This document shows positions 1 through 9,823 of a stretch of 34,464 nucleotides of DNA, in pieces. This stretch comes from Pseudobacteriovorax sp. (GTDB lineage: Bacteria > Bdellovibrionota_B > Oligoflexia > Oligoflexales > Oligoflexaceae). The stretch covers positions 1-34,464 of the forward strand of contig JBNKNM010000042.1 of assembly GCA_050293845.1 (NCBI GenBank), read 5' to 3'. The first letter of the stretch is position 1, and each line of letters begins with the position of its first letter. The notes beneath the pieces are model-generated. The model made no database searches. It was not told the origin of the DNA and saw nothing but the letters and a program-made list of their open reading frames with translations. The position numbers and the translations under genes were made by a program.

Positions 1-31
1 AGATGAAATAAGGAAAAGCAAGCTATACTTT

Positions 32-448
32 TTAGACAGGGTGAACGTGACCCGTGGACTTGCCTTTTGGAATTAAAGCGAACTTATATTTATTAACACT
101 TCCTATTCCAAGATTAATAGAAAAAACAAAAAGCCCTGCCTGCCAAAACTCGTACTTAGCTAGGAGGGTTCTAACTACTACAACAATTGCCAGCAATTGG
201 AGCAGGTAGCTTCCCATAAGCAGGATGCTAAACATATCCCCTAAAATTTCCACAGCATTTCCCTGAGACAGGTCGATGACAAATTTATATAAAATTCTCA
301 TTTGATTATGAAAAATAAAGCTTCCCAAAAACATTAATAAGAGAGAAATAACATAACTGACCATATGACGATCTGGCCAACAATAATAAATCAAGAACAG
401 AGCTGTCGACTGGATGTACACCTGACTCCAGGAATGTAGCCTTTTCAT
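32..448 (-). CDS. Hypothetical integral membrane protein (138 aa)
   Basis: ORF with about 4 hydrophobic segments; GGAGG RBS just upstream of the ATG; no family recognised. Confidence 0.65.
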   Translation of the reverse strand: MKRLHSWSQVYIQSTALFLIYYCWPDRHMVSYVISLLLMFLGSFIFHNQMRILYKFVIDLSQGNAVEILGDMFSILLMGSYLLQLLAIVVVVRTLLAKYEFWQAGLFVFSINLGIGSVNKYKFALIPKGKSTGHVHPV

Positions 449-658
449 AAAAGGCCTCCGTATTATGGCAAAGCTGATTATTACTCTAGAAATAGCCTAA
501 ATTAAAGCGTAGGCAAAGCTAAAATGTCCTTCATAAGTTAGAGTAAAAGCTAATGTGCTAAAATAGTTTGATTTAATTGGCATCATCCAGATAGATCATC
601 ATTTTTTGTCAGACAACCCATTGCATAGAGTTATGGGGACAAATTTTACATCCAGGTC

Positions 659-1405
659 TCAGGAGTGGATGGCTTTTTGAGAGGATTCCCAAGTATGCTG
701 GGCAACGACTCTGTTTTTACCCAACTCTTTTGCCTCATAAAGGAGGCGATCAGCGCACTCAGTAACGTCTTCGATATTACCCTCAGCAACGCACTTCTTA
801 GCTACTACTCCGAAGCTAGCGGTTACTTGAACAGCTTTATCCTTATACTTAAAAATAGTACTCTCTATGATGATTCTCACCCTTTCTGCTACTATACGAG
901 CCTGATCGAGTTCTGTTCGTGGGAGACAAATGATGAATTCGTCACCGCCAAAGCGGGCCGCAATATCTGTTTCTCGTAAGCCTTCATGGATGATAGCAGC
1001 AACTTGCTTAATTACGGCAGTCCCTACCAGATGATTATTCTTATCATTGACACTCTTAAAGTCGTCTAGATCTAACATAATGACAGCTAACGAATCATCA
1101 TATCTGGTTCCCAGTTGATATAAATAGTGAGCTTGACGAAAAAAAGCCGTCTGATTAAGTAAAACTGTAAGACTATCTTTTTCCAGATACCTGGCTAAGG
1201 AGTCATGGTATCGTCCCACCATATACCCAAAAATACTAAAGCAAACAGCCGGTACAACAACGAGATAAAGGTAAAAAAGATTGCTTTGGAAAGCACTGTC
1301 GACTATGTCATGTGCCCAGTACCAGCCTGATGCTGGCAACAATGACATAAACAAGCCAACTCCAAAAAACCAATAACGATGTCCTAAGTTAAATGGATTA
1401 TTCAT
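659..1405 (-). CDS. Membrane-anchored diguanylate cyclase (2 TM + GGDEF)
   Basis: Two N-terminal TM helices; DLDDFKSVND, RFGGDEF active site, RETD (RxxD) I-site, LYEAKELGKNRV. Confidence 0.95.
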   Translation of the reverse strand: MNNPFNLGHRYWFFGVGLFMSLLPASGWYWAHDIVDSAFQSNLFYLYLVVVPAVCFSIFGYMVGRYHDSLARYLEKDSLTVLLNQTAFFRQAHYLYQLGTRYDDSLAVIMLDLDDFKSVNDKNNHLVGTAVIKQVAAIIHEGLRETDIAARFGGDEFIICLPRTELDQARIVAERVRIIIESTIFKYKDKAVQVTASFGVVAKKCVAEGNIEDVTECADRLLYEAKELGKNRVVAQHTWESSQKAIHS

Positions 1406-1566
1406 TTGCTAAACATACCTCTTGTTCAACTCTTCGGCATCTCAAAGGTACGGAGCAAGAAAAAATTATTAAACGGTATATAAGGAGATAAATATCTTTA
1501 TTTTTATAATGTTAGCTCAAAATAAAATTTAAGCTAACGGTAGGATTTGAAACGTAAAAATCAAAA

Positions 1567-2076
1567 TTATTTAACAGTATCAACGAAAGACTGAAACGTT
1601 TTCCGCTCAACTATAGCATCGCTAAAAGCCTCATGCCGGGTCACGTATTCAAATAGATTTTTTTGATCTCCACATTCCTGGAGTCCAATTCTCCTTACAG
1701 CTCCTACGAACTGAGCAGCCCAAGAAGGTCCTATCTTTGTAGGATCTTGGAGCTTTTCCTCCATCATAGGGAAGGCCCAATCACCGTACATCTTCTTAAA
1801 AGCTAAGTAAGATTTTTTGCGAAATTGAATAAAGGGATAATAGCCGTCTCTTTTTGCAATATGGGTTATATAGCGTTCGAACTCTCTTTTATGGGCTTTC
1901 TTTATCTCAGACCGAATCCATTTCTCGTCCTGGATCTTATCTTCCGCGACTGCTGTTTTGGCGATACGGATGATAGACTTTCCATTAAACTTCCATTTAA
2001 TCGACATTTTTTCAATTTGCTCACGGACAAGCAACGATGCAAAATTCAATAGCTCAGGGTCCAAATAATGGCGCAC
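1567..2076 (-). CDS. Hypothetical cytoplasmic protein (169 aa, Lys/Arg-rich)
   Basis: GTG start with AGGAG RBS; no recognisable motif. Confidence 0.7.
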   Translation of the reverse strand: MRHYLDPELLNFASLLVREQIEKMSIKWKFNGKSIIRIAKTAVAEDKIQDEKWIRSEIKKAHKREFERYITHIAKRDGYYPFIQFRKKSYLAFKKMYGDWAFPMMEEKLQDPTKIGPSWAAQFVGAVRRIGLQECGDQKNLFEYVTRHEAFSDAIVERKTFQSFVDTVK

Positions 2077-2258
2077 CTTATTCTCCTACTTTGGCGGTCC
2101 TTGAGGAAAGAGAGCAATATGCTCAGCCTTCCGGCTTTAAAATAACCTCATAGATACCAAAAAATTATAGGAATGAACAAGGATAGAGCGACTAGAATTT
2201 TTAATACTACGACTGACTTGCATGCATATGCCGTCATTTTTTAAAGAACTAGCCAGTC

Positions 2259-3554
2259 TTATCGATCATCTATTTTTTTAGTTCCAACTTTGTGGAAGCT
2301 TCTCCATTCGCGATCAATTATCAAACGAGCTCCCTTTTTAAAAGTCCAATACGACCAAGACCATTGTATTAGTACAAACATACGATTTTTAAAACCAATG
2401 AGATAGAGGATGTGAATGAACAGCCAAGCAAGCCAGGCCAAATACCCACTCAACTCAATACCAAACGCCCTCATGATAGCTTTATTCCGTCCAATAGTAG
2501 CCATCTGCCCCTTATCTACATAACGGAAGGGCTTCAAATCTTTTCCTTTCGCAAGTTTTCTAATGGCTTTGGCAACATAGCGCCCTTGCTGAATCGCAAC
2601 AGGTGCCAGTCCCGGAAGAGGCGTATCCCCTTGCATGAAACAGGCTTGGTCACCAATAACAAAGACATCTGGAAAATCCATAAGCTGGCAGTAGTCTCCC
2701 ACAACGATGCGCCCGGTACGATCCAAGGGAACACCAAGCTTCTTATTAAGGGGGGATGCCGCTACCCCTGCTGCCCAAAGAACAGTGGATGCTTTAACAA
2801 ACTCATCCTTACCGATGTAAACACCTTTATGATCAATTTTCGTCACTAGGGCATTAGTCCAAACCTGCACTCCTAATTTTTCTAATGCTAACGATGCCTT
2901 ATAGGAGAGTTGCTTAGAATAGGTGTTCAAGATACGACTGGAGCCCTCCAGTAGAATAACCCTCGTTCTTGATGTGTCAAGATTGCGGAAATCGCTCCTA
3001 AGCGATTGGCGACTCATTTCTGCTATCGAGCCTGCCAGTTCGACGCCAGTTGGTCCCCCTCCAACGATGACAAATGTAAGCAACTGCCGCTGCAATTCAA
3101 CATCAGTTTCGTTTGCCGCCTTTTCAAAGGACAGAAGAACCCGTCTCCTAATTTCAGTAGCTTGAGAAAGAGTCTTGAGACCTGGCGCATATTCCTCCCA
3201 GTCATTGTTACCAAAATAAGAGTGATTCGAGCCACAAGCCAGCACAAGATAGTCGTACTTTAAAGTAGATTTGCTCAAAATTAAGGTTTTCTGAGAAAGG
3301 TCGACCTCCTGCACCTCATCCAGGAGTACATTTGTATAACGAGATTTACGCTCCAAACTGCGGATAGGATAGGCTATCTCTGCTGGACTCAATGCTGCCA
3401 TAGCGACTTGGTAAAGCAAAGGCTGAAACAAATGATGGTTGCGGCGATCAACAATGGTAATGCGGAATTCTTTCCGATTACTTAATTTCTTGGCAGTGTT
3501 AATTCCGCCAAAGCCACCACCCACAATGACAATATGTTTCATTTGGGATTCCAT
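2259..3554 (-). CDS. ndh: Type II NADH:quinone oxidoreductase (NDH-2)
   Basis: IVGGGFGG FAD motif, HLFQPLLYQVA, second IVGGGPTGVELAG motif, LPGLAPVAIQQG, WLAWLFIHILYLIGFKNR C-terminus. Confidence 0.95.
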   Translation of the reverse strand: MESQMKHIVIVGGGFGGINTAKKLSNRKEFRITIVDRRNHHLFQPLLYQVAMAALSPAEIAYPIRSLERKSRYTNVLLDEVQEVDLSQKTLILSKSTLKYDYLVLACGSNHSYFGNNDWEEYAPGLKTLSQATEIRRRVLLSFEKAANETDVELQRQLLTFVIVGGGPTGVELAGSIAEMSRQSLRSDFRNLDTSRTRVILLEGSSRILNTYSKQLSYKASLALEKLGVQVWTNALVTKIDHKGVYIGKDEFVKASTVLWAAGVAASPLNKKLGVPLDRTGRIVVGDYCQLMDFPDVFVIGDQACFMQGDTPLPGLAPVAIQQGRYVAKAIRKLAKGKDLKPFRYVDKGQMATIGRNKAIMRAFGIELSGYLAWLAWLFIHILYLIGFKNRMFVLIQWSWSYWTFKKGARLIIDREWRSFHKVGTKKIDDR

Positions 3555-3593
3555 AATTGTTCCTTTAATGCATCTACAAGAAAAACAAATATT

Positions 3594-3908
3594 TCACTTG
3601 AGGGTACAACCCAAGTTTTCGCCGCGGTAACTAGCGCTTGCCTTAAAGCCAAATAGTGCCGTTGTTACTTCTTGGCGCTCTCGATGGTAAGAATAATTGT
3701 TGAAATTCATTATCTGTTGCGCAAATTCTTCACAGTACTTTTCTGGCATTTCCAGCACCATGAGACAAGTACATAGCTCCTTGGCATGGTAACTTACAAG
3801 AATTTGGTTTAATGCCCAAAATCTTTCCCGGTGTAGATACACCCAAAACACACCAAGACCCAAGAAACTTAAGGCTAAACCCGAAAAAATTTTTTTAGCA
3901 CTTAACAA
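3594..3908 (-). CDS. Small exported Cys-containing partner protein of the serine hydrolase
   Basis: N-terminal TM/signal; YHAKELCTC and ASYRGENLGCTLK resemble the N-terminal module fused to many class C beta-lactamase-like hydrolases; 6 nt downstream of the hydrolase. Confidence 0.75.
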   Translation of the reverse strand: MLSAKKIFSGLALSFLGLGVFWVYLHRERFWALNQILVSYHAKELCTCLMVLEMPEKYCEEFAQQIMNFNNYSYHRERQEVTTALFGFKASASYRGENLGCTLK

Positions 3909-3914
3909 AATAGA

Positions 3915-5081
3915 CTACTTTCTTAGTAACAAGCTTATAAATTGATCCATGGGGAATTGAGATTTTCTGTCATTGCCAAATCGTATAATCATAGTATCTG
4001 ACTCAGGGATAATAATTAAATACTGCCCCCAGTGGCCCTTAGCCCAAAAGGTATGGGGAGGAGCTGCTGGAAAGGTTCTTTTATATTTCCTATCAGTCCT
4101 ATCAAAATTCATATACCATAACGAACCGTACGCATGACTATAGTCATGTTCCCGCTTAGATAAAGTGTCGGTTGTCGTCGTGTAGACCCAGGTCTCGGGT
4201 AATAACTGTTCTCCATTCCAAAATCCATTGTTCAGGAATAGAAAGCCCAATCTCGCCAGATCACGAGCTGTAAGGTAAAGATAACTGGAGCATACAAAGC
4301 TCCCCTTGCTATCCTGCTCCCAAACAGCTGAGCGTACACCCAACTTATCAAAAAATTCTTTCCATGGAAATCGATCATAACTGGTTTGGTCAGGAAAGAC
4401 TTTTCTTAGTAAATGGCATAATAAATTGCTGGTACCACTCGAATAATAAAGCTGATCTCCTGGTTCTGCTATAGAAGGTTTACCGCCAGCATAACTAGCC
4501 ATATCACGGTGACCCTTACCATAAAGCATTGCCAGAACATCTGAAAAAAGGGGATTGTATTCATAGGCTTCATTCCAGCCCAGCCCACTTTCCATACGCA
4601 ACAAGTGGTCTACAGTTAGATGGCTTTTATTCTTATCTGTGCCCACAAAATTGGGAAGAAGCTCGCCAATAAATTGCCCTCTTTTCAATAAGCCTAACTG
4701 TTCAGCCCTTCCTACTAGGCCGTTGGCAACACTTTTACTTACGGACCAAAGATAGTGACGCTTATTTTCATGATAGGGTTCCCGATATTGTTCGATGACA
4801 ATCTTCCCTGCACGCACGATAAGAATCGCATCTGTAGTTTTCCATATCTTGAAAGCAAGATCCAGTGCAGCCTGTACGGATTCTTCACTGAATCCAGCTG
4901 TATCGAGAGATTGAAATTGCCAGTGTTCAACAGGCCAATAGCTTCTTTCCTGATGAGCTATCAGGATACCGTTTTGCACAAATTGAGGGAGAACGAGATC
5001 GGGAGAGTCACAACTTAGACTTAAAGTGATGAAGATACAAAGAAGATTCCAAGCTGTTGTTTTTTTTACTCTTTTCCACAT
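3915..5081 (-). CDS. Serine hydrolase, beta-lactamase class C / AmpC-like family, probable lipoprotein
   Basis: SVSK (SxxK), LLRMESGL, YYSS (YxS), LTARDLARLG, KGHWGQ; lipobox-like LSLSC; ATG at 5081 preferred over TTG at 5093. Confidence 0.92.
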   Translation of the reverse strand: MWKRVKKTTAWNLLCIFITLSLSCDSPDLVLPQFVQNGILIAHQERSYWPVEHWQFQSLDTAGFSEESVQAALDLAFKIWKTTDAILIVRAGKIVIEQYREPYHENKRHYLWSVSKSVANGLVGRAEQLGLLKRGQFIGELLPNFVGTDKNKSHLTVDHLLRMESGLGWNEAYEYNPLFSDVLAMLYGKGHRDMASYAGGKPSIAEPGDQLYYSSGTSNLLCHLLRKVFPDQTSYDRFPWKEFFDKLGVRSAVWEQDSKGSFVCSSYLYLTARDLARLGFLFLNNGFWNGEQLLPETWVYTTTTDTLSKREHDYSHAYGSLWYMNFDRTDRKYKRTFPAAPPHTFWAKGHWGQYLIIIPESDTMIIRFGNDRKSQFPMDQFISLLLRK

Positions 5082-5697
5082 GCAACCTAACACCTTGGTA
5101 GAGGCACCACAACCCTAATATATATCCTATCACAAGGGGAAGAAATTCAAAGTCAATTCCCATGTTGCCAGGAAAGGCTTTGATCTCTAGAGACATGAGA
5201 GCTAAAAAGTATCCCCAACCACATAGAATTCTGGAACCCATAATCTCACTCGTATAGTGGGCCACAAGCATAGCAATGAACAGTAAAACAAATAAAGTAA
5301 TCCCATTAAAGCCCATTATTAATAGAAACCCAGCATTCATGAATGTTAGTGTCAACATAAGAGAAATCAATTTACTATTCTTTTTATGCCACCCAAATCC
5401 ATGACAAAAACCCAAAGAACTCGCCAGGATAGCAGCTATAGCTGCTAATTTTTGTAGGTGCTGCAGCTCCAGCACACAACAGAGCTGGTACAACCAATGA
5501 ATTAAAAGCGCTAAAGCTATGCCATCAGCCCAAGCCTTGCAGGAACGCAAACGATACCAAGCAGCATGAGCCAGACTAATGGATAAAAAAGGCTCCAATA
5601 GAAGACATGCTTTATGTAGGCCATAAACCCACGCCATTCCATAGAAGATAAAGGTAAGTTTAAAAACTTTATAGGAATCAGCTTGCAGACCTTTCAC
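5008..5697 (-). CDS. Hypothetical multi-pass membrane protein
   Basis: Several hydrophobic segments; AGGGGA RBS before GTG; 3' end overlaps the start of the serine hydrolase. Confidence 0.65.
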   Translation of the reverse strand: MKGLQADSYKVFKLTFIFYGMAWVYGLHKACLLLEPFLSISLAHAAWYRLRSCKAWADGIALALLIHWLYQLCCVLELQHLQKLAAIAAILASSLGFCHGFGWHKKNSKLISLMLTLTFMNAGFLLIMGFNGITLFVLLFIAMLVAHYTSEIMGSRILCGWGYFLALMSLEIKAFPGNMGIDFEFLPLVIGYILGLWCLYQGVRLHVEKSKKNNSLESSLYLHHFKSKL

Positions 5698-5808
5698 CGC
5701 ATCCCCTAGCCTTTTTATAAAACGTTACCTTTATCCTTTCTTATCCGACTAGAATAGGCAAGTTAATGCTTGAAGAATATTTTTTATCATCATACCTGGA
5801 TTTGTACC

Positions 5809-6057
5809 TTACTCAACTAACTGCCAGCCTTTGGTCTGCATGCAGTGGTAATAAGCTAGCCTTGCAGTGCTATTATCTAAACCAGCAAGTTTAGCATCTT
5901 GAATTTTTAGAATGCATTGCTTTTTATTTTCAGTAAATAATCTTGATTTTTTGCTTGTTAACTTACCATCAATGGGATGCCAACGCTCACCAATATTCGT
6001 GCTACAAGCACTTCCTAGCAAATGAAGAATAAGTAGGGGGGCCATAACTCTCAACAT
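5809..6057 (-). CDS. Small lipoprotein (about 82 aa)
   Basis: ATG at 6057 with GAGGAG RBS; lipobox LGSAC; C-terminal C...CMQTKGW motif. Confidence 0.7.
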   Translation of the reverse strand: MLRVMAPLLILHLLGSACSTNIGERWHPIDGKLTSKKSRLFTENKKQCILKIQDAKLAGLDNSTARLAYYHCMQTKGWQLVE

Positions 6058-6105
6058 ATATTCCACTCCTCTTGTACCACCACAACAATCCGCAAGGTTC
6101 ATAGT

Positions 6106-6121
6106 TCCAAGATTTGTGCCA
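6106..6121 (-). promoter_or_regulatory. Candidate sigma54 (-24/-12) promoter
   Basis: Minus strand reads TGGCAC-AAATC-TTGGA (consensus TGGCAC-N5-TTGCW, one mismatch), about 50 nt upstream of the lipoprotein ATG. Confidence 0.45.
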
Positions 6122-6261
6122 TTTCTTACGAAAGAAAAAGATCTGTATTTAACTGATATTACTAGATATCTGGTCCTACTGTAAAAAAATTTAAAGACTA
6201 TTTATCAGGCAACTGTCAACTTAGTCGATAGGATAGTTAGAAAAGTAGCAACACGTTGGGG

Positions 6262-7227
6262 TCAGAATTTATATCCGAACATAATCTGTGATTCTTGACG
6301 TGTTGCTGTCAGTGTCATATGCTTCAGTAAATACGAGGGTGATTCACGCACTCCACTAAAAACAAAGAAGTATCTTTTGCCATTCCATCCCAGTCCTAGT
6401 TTTAACCGCATATTGGTAGTCACCCCATCTCCTTTTCTTTTTTCATTTACTGTAGAATATTCAAATTCTTGCTTACCTGGGCCAACGGCTACTAAACCGG
6501 TAAGAAAAAAATCTCCCAATGCTAAAATTCCTGCTGCAGTGAGCTGAGCCCCATATCCTAGAATACTTCCTCGGTAGAATTCACCATCATTCCCGAAGGC
6601 CTGTTTCCAGGTTTCAGGAATAAACCCATCCTGGGTCTTTACATTCAACTGATTAACGCTCAGTACAACTCCCAGACCTATTCCTGAAGATTTTTTCGCA
6701 GAGGGTTCAAAAGCAGCACTATGATCGTAGCCCCACCTTAGGGGAAATAGGTAAGTATTACTAGCGATCAACCGTACATCAAGATCATTTCTCTTCTTTT
6801 CATCATCACCGATATCATCGCTAAACCCCCTGCCAGTTGCGACTTTAAACTTAGCAAACTCACTATAAGATATTTCAGTACCAATCCACGAATATTCTAG
6901 ACCCAGAGCATAGTCTGTAAATGTCATCTTTGTTTCGCCTTTCTCAAGTTGCTGTGAATAGCTAAGAGAAAAGCCCTTCCACGCAAAACCCAAAAACCCA
7001 ACAAGAGGTACTTCTGGCTCATACTCGATTTCTAACACATCTGGTGGTTCAACATCAGTGCCGGTATTTTTTGCTTGAAAGCTTAATGAGGGGGCACTGA
7101 GTCCTCCTTTTATATATGTGCTACTCTTGGACCAGCCCAGATCAACCATAATCATAAAATAAACTATCGTCAGAATGTTTGCTTTTAGCACTTGCTTGTC
7201 TCCTATTGATACCACGCAAAGATTCAT
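6262..7227 (-). CDS. Outer-membrane beta-barrel protein, DUF4421-like
   Basis: Signal-like N-terminus, alternating amphipathic strands, C-terminal MFGYKF, LKLGLGWNGKRYF pattern; true start may be a downstream Met. Confidence 0.75.
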   Translation of the reverse strand: MNLCVVSIGDKQVLKANILTIVYFMIMVDLGWSKSSTYIKGGLSAPSLSFQAKNTGTDVEPPDVLEIEYEPEVPLVGFLGFAWKGFSLSYSQQLEKGETKMTFTDYALGLEYSWIGTEISYSEFAKFKVATGRGFSDDIGDDEKKRNDLDVRLIASNTYLFPLRWGYDHSAAFEPSAKKSSGIGLGVVLSVNQLNVKTQDGFIPETWKQAFGNDGEFYRGSILGYGAQLTAAGILALGDFFLTGLVAVGPGKQEFEYSTVNEKRKGDGVTTNMRLKLGLGWNGKRYFFVFSGVRESPSYLLKHMTLTATRQESQIMFGYKF

Positions 7228-7781
7228 GTTGTCCGCAAAATCCTAATAGACAAACACTTCATGCCTATCCAATAGAAACCTGTAAATGATATTATATTTT
7301 AAAGCTGATACTCTATAGTAACCTCCTTTCCTGAATAAAGACCATCAACCAAGCAAGAGGACTTAAGGGTACCGATACATTAAAACATCAGCCCTATTCA
7401 CCAATATCTTAGCTTTTTAGATTAGAAGAATATTAAAAGATATGTATCTTCATGTCGAGAAAAACATATGTTTTCATGACACACCAACCTATGCAATTTT
7501 TATAATCCCGCTATAGAAACTCCTTGGCTCTGAGCCTTTAAAAGCACCGGATACATATAATTACGCCTATAATAGGTTAGAAAATGCATTTCCTGGAGTT
7601 AAAAGCTGCTATCCTTGTAAATAAGGTAATACCTGTTCGTTTAACCTTAAAATACAGAACAGTTTGCACAAAGCACTGTTGCCCTACTTATGTTTATATC
7701 TTATTGGTACTTAAAGGGGAAAAGTGGTTGAGAAAATAAACCGGTAAGGTTTCACCAAGTATCAAAATGAAGGAGCTAAAG

Positions 7782-8426
7782 ATGAACGCTATCCAAAAAC
7801 TTAGTCTACTTATCTTAAGTGTGCTATTAACTTCTTGGCAGGCTCACGCAACAACTGAACAACCAGAAGAACCTATCGTCATTGAGGAAGCTACTTATAA
7901 TGGTAGTGGTTGTCCCTTAGGCAGTGCTGATGAATTGATAAATGACAATAGCCTCAGACTCGATCTTTGGGAATTCGTTGCCCAAGCTGGTCCTAATTTA
8001 GGACTCAGCGATGGTCGCAGAAATTGTCAGATTACCCTTATAATATCATCCCCAGTTGGATGGCAGCATTCGGCGCCCATTTTTGATTTAAATGGTTATG
8101 CCTTCTTTAATAACGAGATCACAGCAAATCTACAGGCTAGCTATTACTTTCAGGGACAACCACAAACCAGTGTTGTAACACAAAGAATCACAGGCCCTTT
8201 TAATGACGAAGTATATTTACAGGTAGGAGGAGACCTAGAGTATGGAGTTTGGTCTCCTTGCGGAACGCAGCGTGCTCTCAATATTAATTTTAGCATATTT
8301 GTCAGAAATGGGGATAAGGTGAACTCCCCAGATGCCGCAGGACTCTTTGTTATGGATGCCATAACCCTGCCAGATCTTGCAGCTAGCTTGCAATGGCGAC
8401 GGTGCCAGACAGACATCAAGAGCTAA
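7782..8426 (+). CDS. Secreted DUF4360-family protein
   Basis: AAGGAG RBS before ATG 7782; signal peptide ending AHA; YNGSGCP, RRNCQ, YYFQG, VWSPCG, LQWRRC motifs. Confidence 0.88.
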   Translation: MNAIQKLSLLILSVLLTSWQAHATTEQPEEPIVIEEATYNGSGCPLGSADELINDNSLRLDLWEFVAQAGPNLGLSDGRRNCQITLIISSPVGWQHSAPIFDLNGYAFFNNEITANLQASYYFQGQPQTSVVTQRITGPFNDEVYLQVGGDLEYGVWSPCGTQRALNINFSIFVRNGDKVNSPDAAGLFVMDAITLPDLAASLQWRRCQTDIKS

Positions 8427-8504
8427 GCCTGCTGTAATTATGTATTTACTAAGCTATGGTTTGAGTCTCATTAATTATAAGAGCAGTTTTAATTTTGGAA
8501 GAAC

Positions 8505-8534
8505 ACTCTCCCTCCTAGAGGTTTTGGGGAGAGT
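8505..8534. terminator. Hairpin between convergent genes, possible bidirectional terminator
   Basis: ACTCTCCC...GGGAGAGT 8-bp stem, 14-nt loop; U-tracts are poor. Confidence 0.35.
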
Positions 8535-8576
8535 CATCGTATGGGCGGTAGGAAACTCCTATCAGGGGAAACCAAA

Positions 8577-9335
8577 TTAATGAGCTTTCAAGTTTCTTTT
8601 CGTAGGTTTCCAAGTTTCATAGTACTTGTTGATCTGTCCAATGGTTTTTTGGTAATCACCAGTTTCTTTAGTTTTTTCGACAATTTTTGTCAAAATTTTA
8701 TCGACCTCCGCTTTTTGAGGACCTAAGTGTAACACAAACTTACCCTCAAATTTCCGGAAAACTGATCTTTCGATATTGTCCAGTTTATTCTTACTAATAA
8801 TGTCATCGCATTCTTTAGCCGCAAAAACAAAGCCATCAATTTTCCCCGAGTTAACTCTTTTTAGGCTGCAATCGATACAAGTTGATGACTTCAGTGACTC
8901 CTTCTGAAAGAACTGTACTGTACTACCTTCTGTTTCAACGTTATAATTTTTTACATTATTAGCAGATATCTCTTTGTTGGATTTATTAGTATAAAGAGCA
9001 AAAATGACATCCCAAATATTGGATTCAGAATAAGCAAAGCCCAGTTCTTTTTCAGTTTTGCTAGGGTCTTTTAAAATTGGTACATGAATATCACCATGAC
9101 CTGCAATGACCATTTCTAGCGATCTTCTAAAGGGAAGAACCTCATAAGTGATTTTTCCTTCTTTATAAACTTTCTGCATAGCCTTGATATAGTCAATAAG
9201 AATACCTTTGTCCTTGCTTTCGGCAATAGCGGGAAGTTTAGCCACAAAAATTTTGATGTCACGTGCTTGAGCTTCGGAAGATAAAGCAATTATTATTGGC
9301 AAAAGCCAAGTATAAATTCTTTTAGAAAGATTCAT
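8577..9335 (-). CDS. Orphan periplasmic solute-binding protein (SBP_bac_3 type)
   Basis: ATG at 9335 with AGGAG RBS; signal peptide ending AQA; GILID, LPFRRSL, SGKIDGF motifs; no permease genes adjacent. Confidence 0.85.
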   Translation of the reverse strand: MNLSKRIYTWLLPIIIALSSEAQARDIKIFVAKLPAIAESKDKGILIDYIKAMQKVYKEGKITYEVLPFRRSLEMVIAGHGDIHVPILKDPSKTEKELGFAYSESNIWDVIFALYTNKSNKEISANNVKNYNVETEGSTVQFFQKESLKSSTCIDCSLKRVNSGKIDGFVFAAKECDDIISKNKLDNIERSVFRKFEGKFVLHLGPQKAEVDKILTKIVEKTKETGDYQKTIGQINKYYETWKPTKRNLKAH

Positions 9336-9376
9336 AAATATTTCTCCTGTTAGAATCAATCTCTAATAATCATATT

Positions 9377-9403
9377 GCTATCGACTTAAAATCAATAAGC
9401 TTG
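9377..9403 (-). promoter_or_regulatory. sigma28/FliA-like promoter
   Basis: Minus strand TCAA-N15-GTCGATAG (consensus TAAA-N15-GCCGATAA) upstream of the SBP gene. Confidence 0.55.
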
Positions 9404-9775
9404 AGTATCGACAGCTTGTCTGGAAATACATAATTTTATTATGCCTCCGTCAACCGTGTCCGTCTTAAGCATCTAGTGCTCCCCAAATTCCCAACAAGGA
9501 CAGAGCAAGCATACTACCTATGGAATAGTAGAAATAAAAGAAGTCGAAAGGTTGTGCGGCTAACGCATAGACAACAAAGTATGCGTAGGGTGCCTACTTT
9601 GAAAATGGAGGTTTACAGTGATTATTAAAGACCAAAGACATTTACGGCTCTTGTATTGAGATGCTTCTAATAGACACCCTAAATCTTACAAAATGTCATA
9701 CTTAAATCCACTTAAAATAAAATCAGCCCAAAAGTAAACCTTTATGTTACTGAATATACTTAAATATTTAAATAT

Positions 9776-9823
9776 TGACAATATAATTGTCATATTGACT
9801 ATAACATTACCGATAGATATAGT
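9776..9823 (+). promoter_or_regulatory. sigma70 promoter with overlapping palindromic MarR-type operator
   Basis: TTGACT(9795-9800)-N17-TATAGT(9818-9823); interlocked inverted repeats TGACAAT-ATA-ATTGTCA and ATTGTCA-TAT-TGACTAT, the second covering the -35. Confidence 0.7.

Noticed and set aside
467..520. Two GGCAAAGCT copies, considered as a riboswitch or operator
   Set aside because: No supporting stems, and a 9-bp repeat alone is too weak
7595..7690. c-di-GMP-I riboswitch-like sequence on the minus strand (GCAAACTGTTC...GAACAG...GGATAGC)
   Set aside because: Lacks the GNRA tetraloop and the ACGCAAA / P3 receptor elements
9430..9700. Scattered hairpins (e.g. ACGCATA/TATGCGT) in the divergent intergenic region
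   Set aside because: Short isolated stems with no recognisable RNA family or terminator
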